The notes beneath the pieces were generated by a model. That model had not been told where the DNA came from. It did no database searches and saw only the letters and a program-made list of their open reading frames with translations. 25,062 bases of DNA from Octopus sinensis (lineage: Eukaryota), in contig NW_021836206.1 in assembly GCF_006345805.1 (NCBI RefSeq), forward strand, positions 1 through 25,062, in the 5' to 3' direction. The position numbers and the translations under genes are program-made. Positions 20,270-25,062 of the stretch are shown here, in pieces. Position 1 is the stretch's first letter. The number at the start of each line of letters is the position of its first letter.

Positions 20270-21606
20270 TCAGTATATATAAAAGGCAGGATATGTGTGT
20301 ATGTTCGGGAATGTAATTTACGCACGTCCACAAATTAGCACGCATATCGCTACAATTTTAGGAGGACATTCGTCATGACCCAGCAACTGAGTTTTGTTTC
20401 GTGGGTTTTTTCTCTTCCATGTTATTTTGCATGCTCTCAACGAATGTGACATCGAAATCAAGCATCAACTTGTTTTATTCCATTCGCATTCATATTTCAG
20501 GGCCACTTTACTTTCAAAGTATTTCCTCATTATGCGCGAGTTTGGCTGTGTAACATTGCAAGCAGGCAAGCAAGCAAGATTGAACTTCACTTTTAATAGT
20601 ATATAGATAAATGCAAAACAACACTCTCCAGAAAAGGAAAGGTGTGACTGCTATTTCGTGTATGTTCTATTACCTCATAACACGTATCTGGGTTCCTTTA
20701 TCGCAAATAGCTCTTACGTGGTAGCAGAGTGTGCTAGAAATAGCAGCCAAATCTTTGGAGGTGAGATACGTTGAAAGCACTCGAAAGAAACCTATGAAAA
20801 AAAAAAAATTTCACATCGAGGTCACGAACGGGTCTTTTACGAAATATTTACCGTATTTTAAAATTCGCTTTCACTTAAAAATATTTTGCCTATCATGTCT
20901 CTAATCGAAGCGTTAGAGTTTCTTTCCTTTCAGGGTGAAGTTATTTTCGGAGTATTTTCCCATTATGCACTGTTTTGGGTATCTATAACCAAAACCCCGA
21001 ATATCTCAATAACTACTGGTTCGATTTACGCGAAGCTTGTTTTATTCCATTCGCATTCACATATTAGGGGGCACTTTACTTTCAAAGTATTTCCTCATTA
21101 TGCGCGAGTTTGGCTGTGTAACATTGCAAGCAGGCAAGCAAGCAAGATTGAACTTCACTTTTAACAGTATATAGATAAATGCAAAACAACACCACACACT
21201 CGCCTCCTGAGTTTCGTTTCCCATACAGTATGTGCGATTATTTGTTTACTCATCTACTGTACATTACGTTTTTCTTTTGATATATTAAAGTGTTATACAG
21301 TGCAGTGCACTTTCTGTATCACTATTTATTAATCTATTGATTTTTAGGCTTGAAAATGCTTGTTCAAATGCTAATTCAAATCGAAAAAAGCTATAAATAC
21401 CCATCTTTCTCGGAGAGACGCGACATACTGAGAAGTCCGCGATATAAGTTTACATATATTGGCCAGAAAAGTCCTTGATGTACTGCGTTTTGTTTCGTGG
21501 GCTTTTTTCTCTTCCATTTTATTACGCATCCTTTCAACGTATGTTGCATTGAAATCATGCGTCAACGTCTCCGTTTCACAGAAAAGGAAAGGTGTGGCTG
21601 CTATTT
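20270..21606 (+). mobile_element. Probable Helitron-like mosaic element with internal duplications (3' end not found)
   Basis: aa|TCAGTATATATAAAAGGCAGGATATGTGTG resembles the 5' end of the Helitron at 8233. Duplicated blocks at 20470-20624/21037-21192 and 20386-20469/21482-21566. Confidence 0.45.
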
Positions 21607-22978
21607 TTTTGCATGTCCGGCGCCATAGGTGAACCGCAATGTGGCGAGTGATTATATATATTTCATTTCCTTTCATCTAGTTTCAGCTCACGAGCTGTGG
21701 CCATGCTGGGGCATTAAGTTTGTGTGTGTTTATGTGACTATGTGTTTTTGTGTGTGCATCTGTGATGACATACAGACAGACGCGTGGATACATTCGAGCA
21801 TTTATGCTCCAAAATCAAATCTGATGCAAACAGGTTTTTGGTTTTCTTGGCTTTTATCAGAGAAACCATAATATTAATGGAGTAAAGTCGAGGCGAACAA
21901 CGGAAGAAAAATGGAAGATTAGATAAAGTGTTATGCAAGAATAATGGCGGCTATACATAATTGAGTCTGTGTAGCAAATATAGACAGCTTGCTTGCTAGC
22001 CAAGAAGGTACACCGCACACAGCCATACACGCGGTCACATACACATACACACATAGGTTCAATGCATGAACTTTTTAACGCGTGAGTCACTTATGTATGT
22101 GTGCGTTTATATGCATAAATACACACACTCAAACACATTCATATATGAACAATTACCTCCTCACACACATATATATATTCATATATATATATATATATAT
22201 ATATATACTTGTGTGTGTATGTATATGTATATGTATGTGGGTCTATATATATATATGGATATATTAAAATCATGATATATATGTATATATATATATATAT
22301 ATATATGCGTATGTGGGTGTGTGAGTCTGTGGTGTGTTGTGTATGTGTTTTTTTTGTATGTGTATATATGTGTGATGTGTGATGTGTGAATGTGTGTGTA
22401 TGCTTTTTCGGTACCTGCTTAACTGCTTAGAACTCTCGTTTGTCCTTCACCATAAATTTTTTTACGTCACAGAAACAAACACACGCACACAGATACACAC
22501 ACACATACGCACACAATCTGACAGACATACTCGCACAAAATGGAAGAAAAAAATAACGATTATTTTAGCAGCTAATTTATCATGTTGTTCCTATTGCCGT
22601 GTTTTATGGATCCGCATCTTCTCCGTCTGCTTTTTAAATTCAGATTCGGCAGACATGTAACAATAACTCAGAATTAACTGCCGGGATGAATGGCAGCAGG
22701 TTCGGCCAATTTTTATGCTTCATTTTCTTTTGTGTTGAAGACTTAAAATGCTTTTTGGTTAGAGAAAAGTTTTACGATGTTAATCACTGTGATCTTTCTT
22801 TCGAATGTCATCTGGGGTCACAGACCGCCCAGAAAAATAGCTTCTTATTGTTAAAAGCCCCATCACGCGAAAATATTATTATTATGTTTCTCTCCATGTT
22901 AACTTAGATATGTGGCGAATATTCAACGAAAGAAGCAGTGACTATCTCATCTGTTGTCGTCTATCTGTTATAGCCATT

Positions 22979-23010
22979 GCCCTGCGGCCATGCTGGAGTA
23001 CCGCCTTGGA
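22979..23010 (-). mobile_element. Short SINE family B tail fragment
   Basis: ctgcggccatgctggagtaccgcctt matches 2311-2336. Confidence 0.7.
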
Positions 23011-23260
23011 GATTTTAGATCAGTGATTCCCAAGTATATTTTATAGATGAACATCTTCGATTACCATTTTGTTCTGGCGGACCACCACTGCCATTCGACG
23101 TTTAAAGACTACTTTTTAGATAATTCTTTTAAACCTCAGACTTTTGTTTCCATGTGTACATTGGCGAAGATTTGTAAAAGCACTCAGTGTGGAGGACAAT
23201 CAGAAAGAAAAATGACATAGAAATCCGGTGTGTATATATGCCTGTGCGTATATGCTTGTT

Positions 23261-23295
<35 letters not shown>

Positions 23296-23353
23296 TACAC
23301 ATACACACACACATACACATATACTCACACAACAACGCACACGCAAATATATA

Positions 23354-23625
23354 CGAGGTCTGATCAATAATTGACCGGAATGTTGCCGTATGAACGACAC
23401 GAAAGGACGAAGAAAAATTTGCTAGGTAAAGATTGGCCTTGAACTCCACTGTGATTGCGCATTAACATTCTAGCGCACTTCCGGTACTTACAGTGTTGGG
23501 AAGGAAGGTGTGTATCGTGTGATCGTCACATTAACCATGACAGAGAAAGTTGTCATGGCGATAACTACTCAGAGGCCTACGCAATGTTGCAGAAAGTGTA
23601 TGAAGAGAACTGTATGAGCGCCGCA
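23354..23625 (+). mobile_element. Tc1/mariner relic: left TIR plus a frameshifted transposase N-terminus
   Basis: TA|CGAGGTCTGATCAATAA terminus. ATG at 23537 gives MTEKV, then in a different frame GDNYSEAYAMLQKVYEENCMS (23557-23619), which resembles the first HTH of mariner transposases. The intervening EQRxxIKF-type segment is missing. Confidence 0.75.
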
Positions 23626-23866
23626 ACAAAATGTGTTCTATTGGACACGTTCTATAATATTTATATTATATTATTATATTATATATTATATATATATATA
23701 TATCTATATATATATATATACACATACCAGAAGACAAGTAAAGATTACAAACCTCAGTCAGGGATAGCAAAATCCTATGAAAGCACTGTTTAATTATCTA
23801 TACAAAGAATATTTAAAATATTTAACACCATGTTTAATACTCATCTGCAAGTAACTATATGACTAT

Positions 23867-23869
<3 letters not shown>

Positions 23870-23922
<53 letters not shown>

Positions 23923-23940
23923 ATATATATGTAATATATA
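23870..23940. repeat. (TA)n tract
   Basis: Directly visible. Confidence 0.95.
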
Positions 23941-24280
23941 TATTGACATAAGATAAGAAAAGAGAGTGGTAATTAATGAATTATTATTTATTAATTAAAA
24001 AATTGACAAACATACCTTAGAGCTGTTTCAATTACAGACTTCAGAAAATTAATAAAATCTAAAATTATTTGAAAATCGGACCTCTTCAAAGGTATTTAAT
24101 GATATACAAAATAGTTGTTCAATTCTTGCATATTTAGTAAACGGCTGCAAGCCATGAAATACATCTACAGCAATATTTTCATACACACTTAGAAGACTAT
24201 AGTCGATCCTTAATCTAAAACTTTTGCTTATGTGAATACCCCAAAATCCTACATGGACAACCAGGACCCACATGGATTCT

Positions 24281-24295
24281 GGGTGAAAACCACTG
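24281..24295. mobile_element. Orphan hAT-type right terminus
   Basis: GGGTGAAAACCACTG is the reverse complement of CAGTGGTTTTCACCC (compare the TIR at 18202). It is followed by gttTAgag. No matching left end was found. Confidence 0.4.
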
Positions 24296-24428
24296 GTTTA
24301 GAGGAACAATTCGACACCAGTATTTGTTCTTTGTTAATTTGGTATTTATTCAGTCGGTGTCTTTGTTTGAGTCAAAGGTGAGCCAAAACATGTTTAAGCG
24401 ATTTAAGAATTCAACATGCAACAACATC

Positions 24429-24540
24429 TACGAGTGAGTGCTGAGAAGTTCCTGGTTTTGGACAAAGCACATCCAAGAGAATCAGGTAATTATGATTTTG
24501 TTCAACATATTGCACTTTTAGATTCACGCACTCTTATTGT
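24429..24540 (+). mobile_element. Decayed mariner-type terminus
   Basis: TA|CGAGTGAGTGCTGAGAAGTTCCTGG resembles TACGAGGG..CTGAAAAGTTCC mariner TIRs (from recall). No ORF. Confidence 0.45.
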
Positions 24541-25062
24541 TGTGTATCTGTGTGTGCGATTGTGGTGTATTTGTGTTTGTATGCATGTATGTATACACAT
24601 ATATATGTGTGTGTGTATGTGTGTGTGTATTATTATTTACACTTCCAAATATTGGCAAAATAACACAATCGATAGTGGTAATAGATTGATTATCTTCACA
24701 TATTAATCGCGTTTACCTGTGGGATATTAAAAAAAAACGGGTATCGAACATAGTTCGTTGTGATATTTACTCTGCACCAAGTTACAGACACAGCCCTTTT
24801 ACTCTCTCCATCCATAAAGACCATACTCTAAAGCCTAATGAAATCTCTAATTAACGACGCTATTGTTCAACATTACTCCCATTACATCACATTACTGAAT
24901 TGACGATGACATTTTAGATTTCGTTCCACATTGTCTAATGTATTTCTCATTCATTTTGTAGACCTGACAGCTATTTTTAGCAAACTGTGCCGCTGTTTAG
25001 TCGCTGTGGCGTTGTATCATTCGATATTTGGTGCCGAGTTATCGAGTTGTGTTTTGTATTTA

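Noticed and set aside
23021-24295. One large hAT element from CAGTGATTCCCAA (23021) to 24295
   Set aside because: The two termini do not match each other and the flanking 8-mers differ (ttttagat vs gtttagag).
2-24706. Most ORFs in the supplied track (YI/HT/CV/poly-L, I, K, S peptides)
   Set aside because: They are translations of microsatellites and SINEs, which are often stop-free in several frames. There is no protein-like complexity.

Overview
AT-rich, repeat-saturated eukaryotic non-coding DNA (intronic or intergenic). The SINE families and the extreme microsatellite density suggest an octopus/coleoid cephalopod genome; this is inference from recalled repeat types, not a database result. 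I cannot support any protein-coding gene. Almost all supplied ORFs are read-throughs of (TA)n, (CA)n or triplet repeats. The only recognisable protein remnant is a frameshifted mariner transposase N-terminus at about 23537-23620. The window holds at least three tRNA-derived SINE families, a complete non-autonomous Helitron, a Helentron/HINE-like element carrying a nested hAT MITE with a perfect 8-bp TSD, and mariner/hAT relics. Three signals are most interesting. (1) Two unrelated minimal type I hammerhead-ribozyme folds (3622-3664 minus; 5673-5738 plus), plus two decayed look-alikes, all in small modules beside (TA)n tracts, as expected of non-autonomous Penelope-like or retrozyme-like elements. 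(2) A multimeric SINE subfamily whose units join at one fixed palindromic junction; one four-unit array is enclosed by a single 14-bp TSD. (3) Local duplications and rearrangements, including a 151-bp near-perfect direct repeat, a 113-bp tandem repeat, an A-B-C / B / A-C module shuffle and a 32-bp perfect palindrome.
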